NCBI GenBank assembly: GCA_030390025.1
Contig: CM059432.1
Span: forward strand, 52,454,001-52,518,000
DNA length: 64,000 nucleotides
Source of the DNA: Squalus acanthias
Taxonomy: Eukaryota
Direction of reading: 5' to 3'
In this document: one piece after another, positions 24,385 through 36,604 of the stretch
Position numbering within the stretch: position 1 is the first letter of the stretch
Layout of the letters: every line of letters begins with the position of its first letter
Notes under the pieces: model-generated
The model's database searches: none
Seen by the model: only the letters and a program-made list of their open reading frames with translations
Told to the model about the DNA's origin: nothing
Translations under genes and position numbers: made by a program

Positions 24385-27300
24385 TCATAGAATCATAGAA
24401 ACTTACAGCACAGAAGGAGGCCATTGTGCCTGTGCTGGCTCTTTGAAAGAGCAGTCGTGCTTAGTCCCACAGCCCTGCTTTTTGTCCGTAACCCTGTAAG
24501 TTGCTCATCCTCAAGTACCTGTCCAACGCCCTTTTAAAATGATTTATCGAATCAGCTTCCACCACCTTTTCAGGTCGAGCGTTCCAGATCCAACAACTTC
24601 TCCTCATTTCCTCTCTAGATCTTTTTCCAACGATTTTGAAACTATGACCTCTAGTTATTGACCCACTCACCAGAAGGAATAAGTTTTCTCTATCTGCTCT
24701 ATCAAAACTTAACTTCAGCTTGAAAACCTCTATTAGGTCACCTCTTTCTTTCTTTTCTTTCTTTCTCTTAACCTTCTCTGTTCCAAGGAGAACAGTCCTA
24801 ACTTTTCCAACCTCTTCTCATAACTGAAGTCCATCATCCCTGGTAACCCCCTGGTAAACCTTCTCTGCACCCTATCTAAGGCCTTTACATCTTTCCTGAA
24901 GTGTAGTGCTCAGAATTGTCCACAATACTCCAGCTGAGGCCTAATCAGTGATTTATAAAGTTCTAGCATGATCTCTTTGCTTTTATATTCTATTCCTCTA
25001 TTTATAAACACAAGTAATCCATATGCTTTTTAACCACCTGATCAATTTGCCCTGCTACCTTTAAGGATTTGTGTATATGGACACCAACAGGTCTCTCTGC
25101 TCATCTACACTTTTCAAAATCGTGCCATTTATAGTATGCTGTCTTTCTATATTAGTCCTCCCAAAGTGCATCACTTCACACATTGAACTCCATCTGCCAT
25201 GCTTCTGCCCATTTCACCATCCTGTCTGTCATCCTGAAGCCTAGAACTATCCTCATCACTATCTACTACTTTGCCAAGTTTCATATCATCGGCAAACGTT
25301 ATAATGCTGCTCCCTACACCCGAGTCTAGATTGTTTATAAAAATTGCAAAGAGTAATGGACCCAAAACTGACTCTTGGGGAACACCACCTCCCAGTCTGA
25401 AAAACATCCATCCACCACCACACTTTGCTTCCTGTCACTGAGCCAATTTTGTATCCATACCGCCACTTTCCCCTTAATTCCATGGGCTTCCATCTTAATA
25501 AGCCTCCTGTGTGGCATTTTGTTGAATGCCTTCAGAAAGTCCATACATACAACATCTAGTGCACTATCTTGATCAACCTTCTCTGTACCTCATCAAAGAA
25601 TTCAATCAAGTTAGTCAAACACGATTTGCCTTTAACAAATCCCTGCTGACTCTCCTTGATTAACCCATGTCTTTCCAAATGAAAGTTTATTTTGTCCCTG
25701 ATAATGGTTTCCAATAACTTCCCCACCACCGATGTTAGGCTGACTGGCCTGTAGTTTCCTGGTTTCTCCATTTTCTTGAATAGTGGTATAACATTAGCAA
25801 CCCTCCAGTCCTCTGGCACTACTCCTGTATCCAATGAGGACTGAAAGATTGTGACCAATGCCTCTGCTATCTCTACCTTTGCTTCTTTCAGCAAACTAGG
25901 ATGCATTCCATATGGACCAGGTGACTTACCCAACTTTCAGTAATGGTAATCTTTTTAGTACGTCTTCTCGATCTATTACTATCTTGTCCATAAATTCTCT
26001 CCTCTCTTTTAGTGCAACCTTCATATCATTCGCTTCCTTTGTGAAGACAGATGCAAAGTACTCATTTAATACTTTACCATGTCATCTGCCTCGACATAAA
26101 GATTTCCCTTTGGTTCCTTAATAGGCCCAACATTTTCCCCTAGCTAACCGCATACACTTTATATGTTTATAAAATGTTTTAGGGTTCAATTTAATGTTGC
26201 CTGCTAATCTTTTCTCGTAACCTCTCTTTGCTTCCCGTATTAACTTTTCCAATTTCCTCCTGTACTTTCCATAATCTTCCTGGTTATTTACTGAATCTTG
26301 CTCCTGACATTTGTCATAAGCCTCCTTTCTCTGTTTTACTTTAACTTTTATTTCCTTTGTCATCCAGGGCGCACTAGCTTTGGATGTTCTACCTTTTCCC
26401 TTCAAAGAAATATGCCTAGTTTGCACCTGAACTATCTCTTCCCTGAATGCCCACCATTGCTCTGTTACTGCTTTACCCTGCAATCGCCTTTTCCAATCTA
26501 CCTGTGCTAGGTCCCTTCCTAAATCACTGAAATTAGCTCTTCCCCAGTTGAGCATTTTACCTTCGATATTTTCTGGTCTCTTTCCATAATTACTTTAAAC
26601 CGAATTTTGTTGTGGTTGCTGTTAGCTAGATGATCTCCTACTGTAACACACTCCACTTGCCCTACTTCATTTCCCAGAACCAGATCCAACACTGCTTCCT
26701 TCCGTGTTGAACTGGAGACATATTGATCGAGAAAGTTCTCCTGTATACATATCAGAAATTCCTCTCCTTCCCTACCCTTAGCACTATGTTTTTCCCAGTC
26801 TATTGGGAAGACCAATGAATTGTCTTCGGTCCCCGCCACAAACTCCATTCCCTAGCCACCAACTCCATCATTCTCTCTAGCATCTGGCTGAGGTTTGCAA
26901 CCTTGGTGTCATATTTGACCCTGAAATGAGCTTCCGACTACATATCCAATACTAAGACCGCCTATTTCCACCTCTGTAACATCGCCTGACTCTGCCCTGC
27001 CTCAGCTCATCTGCTGCTGAAACCCTCGTCCATACCTTTGTTACCTCTAGACTTGGCTATTCCAACGCACTCCTGGCCGGCCTCCCACGTTCTACCCTTC
27101 GTAAACTTGAGGTCATCCAAAACTCGGCTGCCCGTGTCCTAACTCGCACCAAGTCCTGTTCACCCATCACCTACATTGGCTCCCGGTTAAGCAACACCTC
27201 GATTTTAAAATTCTCATCCTTGTTTTCAAATCCCTCCATGGCCTCTCCCCTCACTATCTCTGTAATCCCCTCCAGCCCACAACCCTCGCGATATTGGCGC

Positions 27301-28205
27301 TCCTCAAATTCTGGCCTCTTGAACATCCCTGTTTCTAATCGCTCAACCATTGGTGGCCGTGCCTTCAGCTGCCAAGACCCTAAACTCTGGAATTGCCTTC
27401 CTAAACCTCTCCACCTCTCTACCTCTCTTTCCTCCTTTAAGACATTCCTTACAACCTGTGTGTTTGACCAAGCTTTTGGTCATCTGCGCTAATATCTCCT
27501 TGTGTGTCAAATTTTGTTTAATACGTCTCCTGTGAAGCGCCTTGGGACGTTTTACTACGTTAAAGGCTATATAATTACAAGTTGTTGTTGTTGTAATTAA
27601 AGTCTCCTAATGTTACTACTCTATTTTTGTTACACGCCTTTGAAATTTGCCGACAAATTTGCTCATCTATCTCCTTCTCACTGTTTGGAGCTCTATAAAA
27701 AACACCCAACAATGTAACAGCTCCCGCTCTGATCCTCAACTCAAGCCAAATAGATTCAGCCCTAGAAACATCTAGTATATCCTTTCTATTTAGAACTGTA
27801 ACATCATCTTTAATCAATACAGCCATGCCCCCTCCTCTTTTTCCTTCTCTAGCATTCCTGAATACTTGGTAACCAGTAATGTTAAGAACCCATTCCTGGC
27901 CTTGTTTGAGCCATGCCTCTGTTAATGCAACCATGTTAGAATCCCTTGTAGCCATTTGTGTCTGCAGCTCACCAACCTTATTAGTTACACTATGGACATT
28001 GACGTACATGCAATTTAATACCTCCTTTGTCACTTTTGCTATTTTCCTCAGTCTGGCCCCTTGCAATTTTTGGAATATTTCTAATTTTACTTTTGTTTAT
28101 ATCTCTCTGTCCTCTGATCTCATTTCTGCTCCTTTCTGCTATTTTCTGATTCCCCTCCCCCTGCCAAATTAGTTTAACGCCTCCCCAACAGTACTAGTTA
28201 ACCTC
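24385..28205 (-). mobile_element. Nearly full-length decayed CR1 ORF2 (endonuclease + RT), with an L2 insertion at about 26805-27593
   Basis: Minus-strand ORFs with VALTEAWL, GVFYRAPN, GDFN, LDLVL, NYRPVSLTSVVGK and FADD; (CATAGAAT)n tail at 24385. The nested + strand L2 ends in (TTG)n. Confidence 0.9.
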
Positions 28206-28211
28206 TCAGCT

Positions 28212-28492
28212 GTAAAATAATTGGCAAAAAAGCCAGGGGGGAGATGAGGAGAATTTGTTTTATGCAGCAAGTTGTTATGATCTGGAATGCACTGCCTGAA
28301 ACGGTGGTGGAAGCAGATTCAGTAGTAACTTTGAAAAGGGAATTGGATCTCTACTTAAAAAGGAAAGAGTTGCATGGCTATGGGGAAAAATGCAGGGGAG
28401 TGGGACTAATTGGATAGCTCTTTCAGAGAGCTGGCACAGGCACGATGTGCCTTAAGGCGTCTTTCTCTGCTGTATGATTCTCTGATTCTATG
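28212..28492 (+). mobile_element. CR1 3' end
   Basis: IWNALPE.VVEADS...FKRELD, then a 3' UTR and TATGATTC-type tail. Confidence 0.8.
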
Positions 28493-28949
28493 TGGTTAAT
28501 AATAGCCTCAGTTCTTTTTGGCAAACGTGGATTAAATGTGCCAATAGCCTCCTCCCACTTTTAATGCTATGCTGCATATAATCTATGAGTTGAGAAGGAG
28601 TTTTAGTGAAAACTGATTCTTTAATTCCAAAGCGTATAACTTGACTAAACATTTATTTCAAAACTCATCTTTCTATTGAACCAGTTCATTAATGAGCTCA
28701 TTAAGTTTGTTGTATTGATTACTTTTTAGATTTTTCATTTTCCAGTCTCCCCACTGATACTAACACTAGGTGCTCAACATGGGAAATTGGTTCATCCGAT
28801 ATCTTTAAATTTCATAAGCGCACATATGAATTTAAAATGTTCTTTTTTGTAGTAGCTTACAGTACTCTTCTAGATCAATAATCAATGAAATCTGACTTCA
28901 ATTATTTATCAAGAATATCATGATATCTGTATATGTTGAGAAAATAAGT

Positions 28950-30196
28950 AATCATAGAATAGAATCATAGAATTTTATGGCACAGAAGGAGGCCATTCGG
29001 CCCATCGTGTCTGTGCCGGCCGAAAAGGAGCTATCCAGCCTAATCCCACTTTCCAGCTCTTGGGCCGTAACCTTGTAGGTTACGGCACTTCAAGTGCATA
29101 TTCAAGTACTTTTTAAATGTGATGAGGGTTTCTGCCTCTACCACCCTTTCAGGTAGTGAGTCCCAGACCCCCCACCACTCTCTGGGTGAAAAAAATTCTC
29201 CTCAACTCCCCTCTAATCCTTCTACCAATCTCTGTCCCCCTCCCTGTTTATTGACCTCTCTGCTAAGGGAAATAGGTCCTTCCTATTACTCTATCTAGAC
29301 CCCTTATAGTTTTATACACCTCAATTAAATCTCCCCTCAGCCTCCTCTGTTCCAAAAAAACAACTCCCAGCCTATCTAATCTTTCCTCATAGCTAAAATT
29401 CTCCAGTCCTGGCAACATCCTCGTAAACCTCCTCTGTACCCTCTCTAATTAATCACATCTTTCCTATAATGTGGTGACCAGACTTGTATGTAGTACTCTA
29501 GCTGTGGCCTAACTAGTGTTTTATACGGTTCTAGCATAACCTCCCTGCTCTTATATTCTATGTCTCAGTTAATAAAGGAAAGTATCCTGTTTGCCTTCTT
29601 AACAGCCTTATCTACCTGTCCAGCTACCTTCAGGGATCTGTGGAAATGCACTCCAAACTCCCTCTGTTCCTGTACACTTCTCAGTATCCTACCATTTATT
29701 GTGTATTCCCTTGCCTTGTTAGTCTTCCCAAATGCATTACCTCACACTTCTCCGGATTGAATTCCATTTGCCACTTTTCTGCCCCACCTGACCAGTCCAA
29801 TGATATCTTCCTGCAGTCTACAGCTTTCTTCCTCACTATCAACCACACGACTAATTTTTGTATCATCTGCAAACTTCTTAATCATGCCTCCTACATTGAT
29901 TTATACCACAACAAGCAAGGGACGTAGTACTAAGTCCTGGGGAACCCCACTGGAAATAGCCTTCGAGTCACAAAAACACCCGTCGACCAATACCCTTTGC
30001 ATCTTGCCACTGAGCCAATTTTGGATCCAACTTGCCACTTTTCCTTGGATCCCATGGGCTTTTAATTTTTTGACCAGTCTGCCATGTGGGACCTTGTCAA
30101 AAGCCTTGCTAAAATCCATGTAGACTACATCAAACGCGTTAGCATCATCGACCCTCCTTGTTACCTCCTCAAGAAATTCAATCAAGTTAGCCAGAC
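28950..30196 (-). mobile_element. CR1 RT-to-3' end fragment
   Basis: NLIEF.EEVT...DFSKAFDKVPHGRL; tail (CATAGAAT)n at 28950. Confidence 0.88.
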
Positions 30197-32611
30197 ATGC
30201 AAAGTAATGCAGGGTGATGTAAAGACAAAAATAATTCACAAATATAACCATGAATTTGAAGAACAAATTGATTCCGTGCTTCCCAACGTTGCAAGGTGAA
30301 TGAATTCTCCATATGCACCGCTCCCAATTTATTTATTTACAGTAATAAACAGACATATAAGTTACTGGTCATAAAATGATGGCAATTCTAATGACTCCTA
30401 GTGATCTGAGATCATGTAGCATTAATCTTAAAACTACCTGTTGCTCAGAAGTTTGCACATATGATATAATTTTAAAATGAACGAGTAGGTCTACCTAGAT
30501 GTTGCTCACAGAGTTCAGGGCAAGGGCTGAGGAGCAGAGCATTTGGAGTTACATACCACGGGATGCCAGGAAAACAAAATTTGAGCTATTGGCATACTTT
30601 GTATCCTCTGGACCTGTCCTTTGTGCATGTCAGACACTTTCTGTACTCTACGGTTATATTGGACACATACCGGCTGCAAAACTTTTAATTATACTTCCAG
30701 ATCTCACATAATGCTGCTAATGGATAGTTTGGGGTCTGGAGCACAGTTGTGATGTTTTGCTGCTAAATGGAATTTTGTTTATCCTAGCCTGTCCCTTTAA
30801 AGTCACTGCTCAGGTACTTCCTGCAGAAAACTGATATAACTAGACATATTCTGAGGTGAGTTAGAAGCTAATTATGCAGAGAAGTTTCAGTAGATTGCCA
30901 GCTGGCTACAAATCTCCAACTGCTGTCCCTGAGGAGAGGTCAGCTTGTCAAGGTCAGAAAAAAAACAGCAGGAAATGATTGTCTCTCTCTCCTTTTTATA
31001 CAAAAGATATCTGAAGTATGATGTACGCATATTAGATTCAAGACTTTTACAGAGATTGATTTATATTTCACATTGAATGTACAGCATTGTACAGTATCAC
31101 AAACAACATGTTCATAATATAGTTTTGCAGAATACGGAGGCAATAGGAATTTTGAAAAGAAATTAACCGAATTAAGAATGTTAAATGACTTAGACACTGG
31201 TTAATTTGAACATAATAATGGAAAGCATTGGTGAAAATGTGATGCCTAAATTGTACTGAAATTATCTGAGTAATGATGTGGAATGGTTTTTGTTCTAGGT
31301 TATGTACCTGAATGGAGACAGTAAAGTAGTAAAAGTAATCAAAATGACAGCCCTTTGTGAACATTCTTGCCGACTCTTGGTTTGATATCCTCTGCTGCAC
31401 AACCTTTAATCTCCCAGCTTCACAGTTACAGGCAGCTGAATAATCTGGCTAGTCCTCTCTTGTGAGCATATGTTTGCTGGAAATGGGCTTTAACTGTCAA
31501 TTACAGTTGTTGGCACCAAAATGTCCTGTCATAAAACAAGCCTTGAATTTGACATTCAGAATAAACAGATCAAAAGATGCTGCTTGGCCTTTAACATTCT
31601 GACTAAATTCTTTAAAAATGCTAGGATAATACGACTACTTGAAACACCAGAGGGAGATTTTCAAGTCAGGTCCAAAACAGGCGTGATATCAGCTACAGTG
31701 CCCACTCAAGGCCACAGTTGGGAGATCCAAACCATTTTCAGGTTCAGGCCTCATTTAAATTTTATTGGTAAACTGCTAAGAATTCAAAATTGTTAGGAGT
31801 TCCAGATGTAAAAATTAGAAGTGCTTCTGCGATCCCACATTCCCAGTAGGAAGCTGCGCTTGCAGGGAGTGTGATTTGGATTTCTGATCTGCAATCCCTG
31901 TGAGCATGGCTGTTGGTAGCGAAGGGTCACAGAATCACCTTTATTGAGATTTTGTTTCTTTCTATAGAAGTTGTCCTGTCTGCCTACTAATTCTATTCCA
32001 TATAGCTAAGTGTTGCACTTTACTTTAAATCCAACAGGAGCATTATCAAACAAAATTTGATACCGAGCCATATAAGGAGATATTAAGACAGGTGACCAAA
32101 AGCTTGGTTAAAGAGATAGGTTTTAAGGAGCATCTTAAAGGAGGAATGAGAAGTGGAGAGGTTTAGGGAGAGCTTTCCAGCGCATGGCCGTTAATGGTGG
32201 AGAGAATAACTCCCTTTCCAAAACAAGTGTGCTCGTTTCCCATTTCCATTTTCCGCCCCAGCTATCCTTGTGTCCTGTCTGATTGAAACTGCCAGTTTGC
32301 TGGTCAGTTCGATGTTGTGGGCCAGTGCCCACTATGACCTGGATTGACATTGCCTTTGCATATTTCACATAGTATTTAGCAGAAAGTTAATAGAAGACAT
32401 TTCTTAATAATACCATGTTACTGAGCAGTACTGGAGAACATCTTTATTTGATTTATTTTGAGGAATTGTGTTGACGTACATTTTATTTTTGGATTCAGTA
32501 CAGTTTACTTGCATATGTTATGTCCGTAACTGGAAAAAATATCATTGCAAAGCAGCAGCGAAACTTATCATGTTTAAATATTTAACTCCCTTTTTTATTT
32601 CTGACACTTAG

Positions 32612-32704
32612 GTACAAAAACAATGTGCCCATCAATATCCACACGGATCCTGGAAAATACGTTCCCAACAGTAAATTTGGCGTTCATTCCTTGGAAATTA
32701 ACAA
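32612..32704 (+). CDS. MYOM1: MYOM1 coding exon 5 (YKNNVPINIHTDPGKY...HSLEIN)
   Basis: CTTAG| acceptor, AA|GTGAGA donor, phase 2-2, 93 nt. Confidence 0.93.
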
Positions 32705-33032
32705 GTGAGAAGTTGTTTTCTTTCTTCAATCTAAAATCAATTAGTTTCAGTTAAAAAAGGAAATAATGTTGGTAGTTCTGCCTGTGATTCAGGAACACAA
32801 CTGCAGGGTGACTCAGACACTAATGGAGGTGGAAGATTATATCTACCAGGAGTCCATTAGCTGTCAGATGTGTTGTTTACAGAGTCCTAACACCTGTACT
32901 TTTGTTAACAATTTATCGATGTTGCACATTTTTTTAATGGGCACTATTCACTGGGATAGATGGGAGTGAGATAGTCAATTTTTCTCTCTCTCTTTTCTCT
33001 ATCTTTGTCAATTGCACATACCAAAGAATAAT

Positions 33033-33790
33033 GGGCCAGAATTTGCTGTAGCAGCGCATTTAACAGTGTCTGCCATTAGTTAAACTTGCCCCTGCATCTT
33101 TCAACTCAAAGCATTTTTGCCCACAAAGTTGCTGAAAGTGCGAGCTGATAACAGCGCAGTGAAGGAAACAGTGCATCTGGGACCTGAGTGAACAGGGCAA
33201 ACAACTGTGTATCTCCTTAACCAATGAGATTTAAGGAGTGGGAAATAAACAGAGGAAGGACTGAGAAGGAGGTTGAATTAAAATGGGTGAATTCAATGTC
33301 AAATCAGGTACAGAAAGAGAAATAAAGAAAGGGACAGAAAGATTGGATTAAGAGAGAAAAAGAAAAAAGAGACAAAAAGGAAAAGTAAGAAAAAAAATAA
33401 AAATTTGTCATTTTTTAAATCTCTCTGAAAAATTCAAAACTTAAAGGAATGAGGCTCTACACTTGTAATAGTTAATTTTCATTTATAGAGAGGTTGATTG
33501 GCAGTCATTAACAATTATCCCGTCATTAAAAGTGCACTTACTAGCCCTAAATATCTTCATATCTCGTATCTACTGTGCAAATATAGCAACTTCATGACAT
33601 TCAATGCATGTTGATGGTGAGGCAGGCAGTGAATTGCCCTTTTCACAAAGCTAACGGCAGAGTGGCACAACTCGGACAGCAATTTTTGGATATTTGCATC
33701 TGCTCCTTGCCTGAAGTTGCTGTACAATTTACACATAAACAATGGAGAGCGCCATTAGCCTCACTATTATTTTGACAGCAAATTCTGGCC
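33033..33790 (+). mobile_element. MITE, same family as 6000-6809
   Basis: TIRs GGCCAGAATTTGCTGT / ACAGCAAATTCTGGCC (16/16 match). Confidence 0.8.
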
Positions 33791-35516
33791 ATTGTAAAGT
33801 TGATAAGCTGTTCACAAAATTGCGAATGACGCAAATGCTGTATTTGTATTTCACGTTGAGGTAAAACTGATAATTGCTCTGTGGTACTTGGCGGGCGATG
33901 TACCTCCTGTACGTTCTGCTTTTACAGGTGACTTGTTCACCTGCTCTCCAGGTTGAACAAAGGATGTTTTCCAAACCCTCACATGTTGCGAGGTACCTTA
34001 ATGTTTGTAAATATAACTTTGAAGCTTTATGTGTTTTCTTTTGTATGGTATTTTAATTTTCTATAAGTTTAAGAAATACTTTTGGTAAAATTAATAAACA
34101 TTATCTTAAACTTGCAATAAACGAATATTTAGATCATTAAGTGATAATTCTGAATGGTTTGATAAATTTTATTTTGCCAATAATTCAGGTGCTCATATTT
34201 AGCAGCTTAATTTGGGTGGGCGCTACAAATATAGAAGAGAGAAATAGAAGATAGACATTGGAATGTGCAGATCATTTTACTTTTGAGTGAGTTAGAAAAA
34301 ACTTCCTTAAGAACGGAACAAAGTGTTCGATTTGAGGAGAATGAAAATTAAATAAAATAACATTTTATTTATTTTTGATTTTGTTTTAATAGGGACATTA
34401 CAAGTACAGAGCATGTTTCAGTATTCCCCATTCTGTTATGTGTTGATTCCTTCCTCCCTTCAGGCTTGTCACCACTATTTTGAAATTCTCCCGGTATTAA
34501 TGTAAAAATGTTTAAATTCACAGAACAGTCACGTCCCCAGATATTACTCCTTTCAGGAATGAGTCAACTATGAATATTTGTGTGACTTCATAGAAAGAGT
34601 ATGAGACCTTTCTATGCTCCAAATTTGGTGCCAGCTGCTGTTCAGAAAGAAACACATTCAATTCCATAAGGGGCAGCCCCTAAGTGTTGTACTACTGCTA
34701 TAAAGTACCCGAATATGACAGATTTATGGGAGAAGGGAAGACAATTGAATTGTTGTTGTGACCAACCATGTCACACTGCAATATGTTAATATTGTCAGTA
34801 CCATGACCTCAAGGAAGATGGAAGTTCTGCCCCATTCAGTTCCTATGGCACAATGGTGCTGTCGGAATTTGGACTCTTGATATATTAATAATTGTAGAAC
34901 GACATTTCATGCTTCTTTAATTCAAAATTAATGAGGCTTTTGAACCGTGAGTGCTCAGAGACACAAAGCTGTAAGGGCAGTGAAGGGAAATGATTGAAAG
35001 TCCTCCCATTCCATCTTGTGAAAAACAACTGCATGAAAGAGTATTTATATATCACACTGAATGGTCAAACGATATCTGATGTTAGCAAATGCAGCCCATT
35101 AATTATAACAGGAAATATTTCTGAAATGGACACCTCAGTGAATACAGTAGCAATAAGATATATCAGCACAGATATAAATATCACTACATGACTTAGTTTA
35201 AGCATAGTGGAAATTCTCCAATCTATGGCCACTGTCTGCTGGCTGGAAAATCATGGAAAGCAGCAACCATTGTGTAAATTTAATAGTGGGACAGATCCTG
35301 AGTATTATTTTTTATATTCTAGAAATAAAATAATTTACTGTATAGCATTTTCCAATATTACAGTTCATTCATTCATGCTGGCACTTTCAGGCCACAACTT
35401 AATTAGAATTGCTAAGCTAACACCTTGCAGTCATATGGTGCAGGAATCTATTATCACCAGTTTATAAACAGCTGAATGTTAGCATCAAAACTACAGAACT
35501 GTCCTGTTTGTCTGAT

Positions 35517-36010
35517 CAGAGACGATTCACTCAGTTGATTCCTGAGATGAGGGGGTTGACTTATGAAGAAAGGTTGAGCAGGCTGGGCCTATACTCATTG
35601 GAATTTAGAAGAATGAGAGGTGATCTTATTGAAACATATAAGATACTGAGGGGGCTCGACAAGGTAGATGCAGAGAGGATGTTTCCCCTCGTGGGGAAAT
35701 CTAGAACTCGGGAGCATAGTTTCAGAATAAAGGGTCGCCCTTTTAGAACTGAGATGAGGAGGAATTTCTTCTCTCAGAGGGTCATAAATCTGTGGAATTC
35801 TCTGCCCCAGAGAGCCATGGAGGCTGGGTCATTAAATACATTTAAGGTGGAGATAGACAGATTTTTGCAAGATAAGGGAGTGAAGGATTATGGGGAGTGG
35901 ACAGGGAAGTGGCTTTGAACCCAAGATCAGCCATGATCTTGTTGAATGGCGGAGCAGGCTCGAGGGGCCAAATGGCCTACTCCTGCTCCTATTTCTTATG
36001 TTCTTATGTT
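35517..36010 (+). mobile_element. Young CR1 3' end
   Basis: Open frame RRFTQLIP...LWNSLP...GKWL, then a single 3' UTR unit and (TTCTTATG)2 tail. Confidence 0.9.
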
Positions 36011-36221
36011 TTAAACCTGCTTCTTTCTGGTTTAGGTAATGTTCATTCAGCTGTAAAGTTATTACTTTTAAATGTGTTCATTGATTTTACATAAGAACAT
36101 AAGAACATAAGAACATAAGAAATAGGAGCAGGAGTAGACCAATCGGCCCCTCGAGCCTGCTTCGCCATTCAATGAGATCATGGCTGATCTGATCCAACCT
36201 CAACTCTAAAGAACACATAGG

Positions 36222-36560
36222 CACATAGGCACCAACGATATAGGTAAAAAAGGGGATGAGGTCCTAAAAGCAGAATATAGGGAGTTAGGAGGTAAATTAA
36301 AAAATAGGACCTCAAAGGTAGTAATCTCAGGATTGCTACCAGTGCCACGTGCTAGTCGGAGTAGAAATAGGAGGATATTTCAAATGAATACGTGGCTAGA
36401 GGAATGGTGCAAGGGGGAGGGATTCAAATTACTGGGACATTGGAACCGGTTCTGGGGGAGGTGGGACCAGTACAAACCGGACGGTCTGCACCTGGGCAGG
36501 GCCGGGACCGCTGTCCTAGGGGGAGTGTTTGCTAGTGCTGTTGGGGAGGATTTAAACTAA
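36222..36560 (+). pseudogene. CR1 ORF1 C-terminal SGNH esterase domain (5' truncated)
   Basis: In-frame HIGTNDI...VVISGLLPVPR...DGLHL, the GxND and DxxH blocks of SGNH hydrolases. Confidence 0.85.
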
Positions 36561-36604
36561 TATGGCAGGGGGTTGGGAACCTGAGCAGGGAGACAGAGGA
36601 AAGC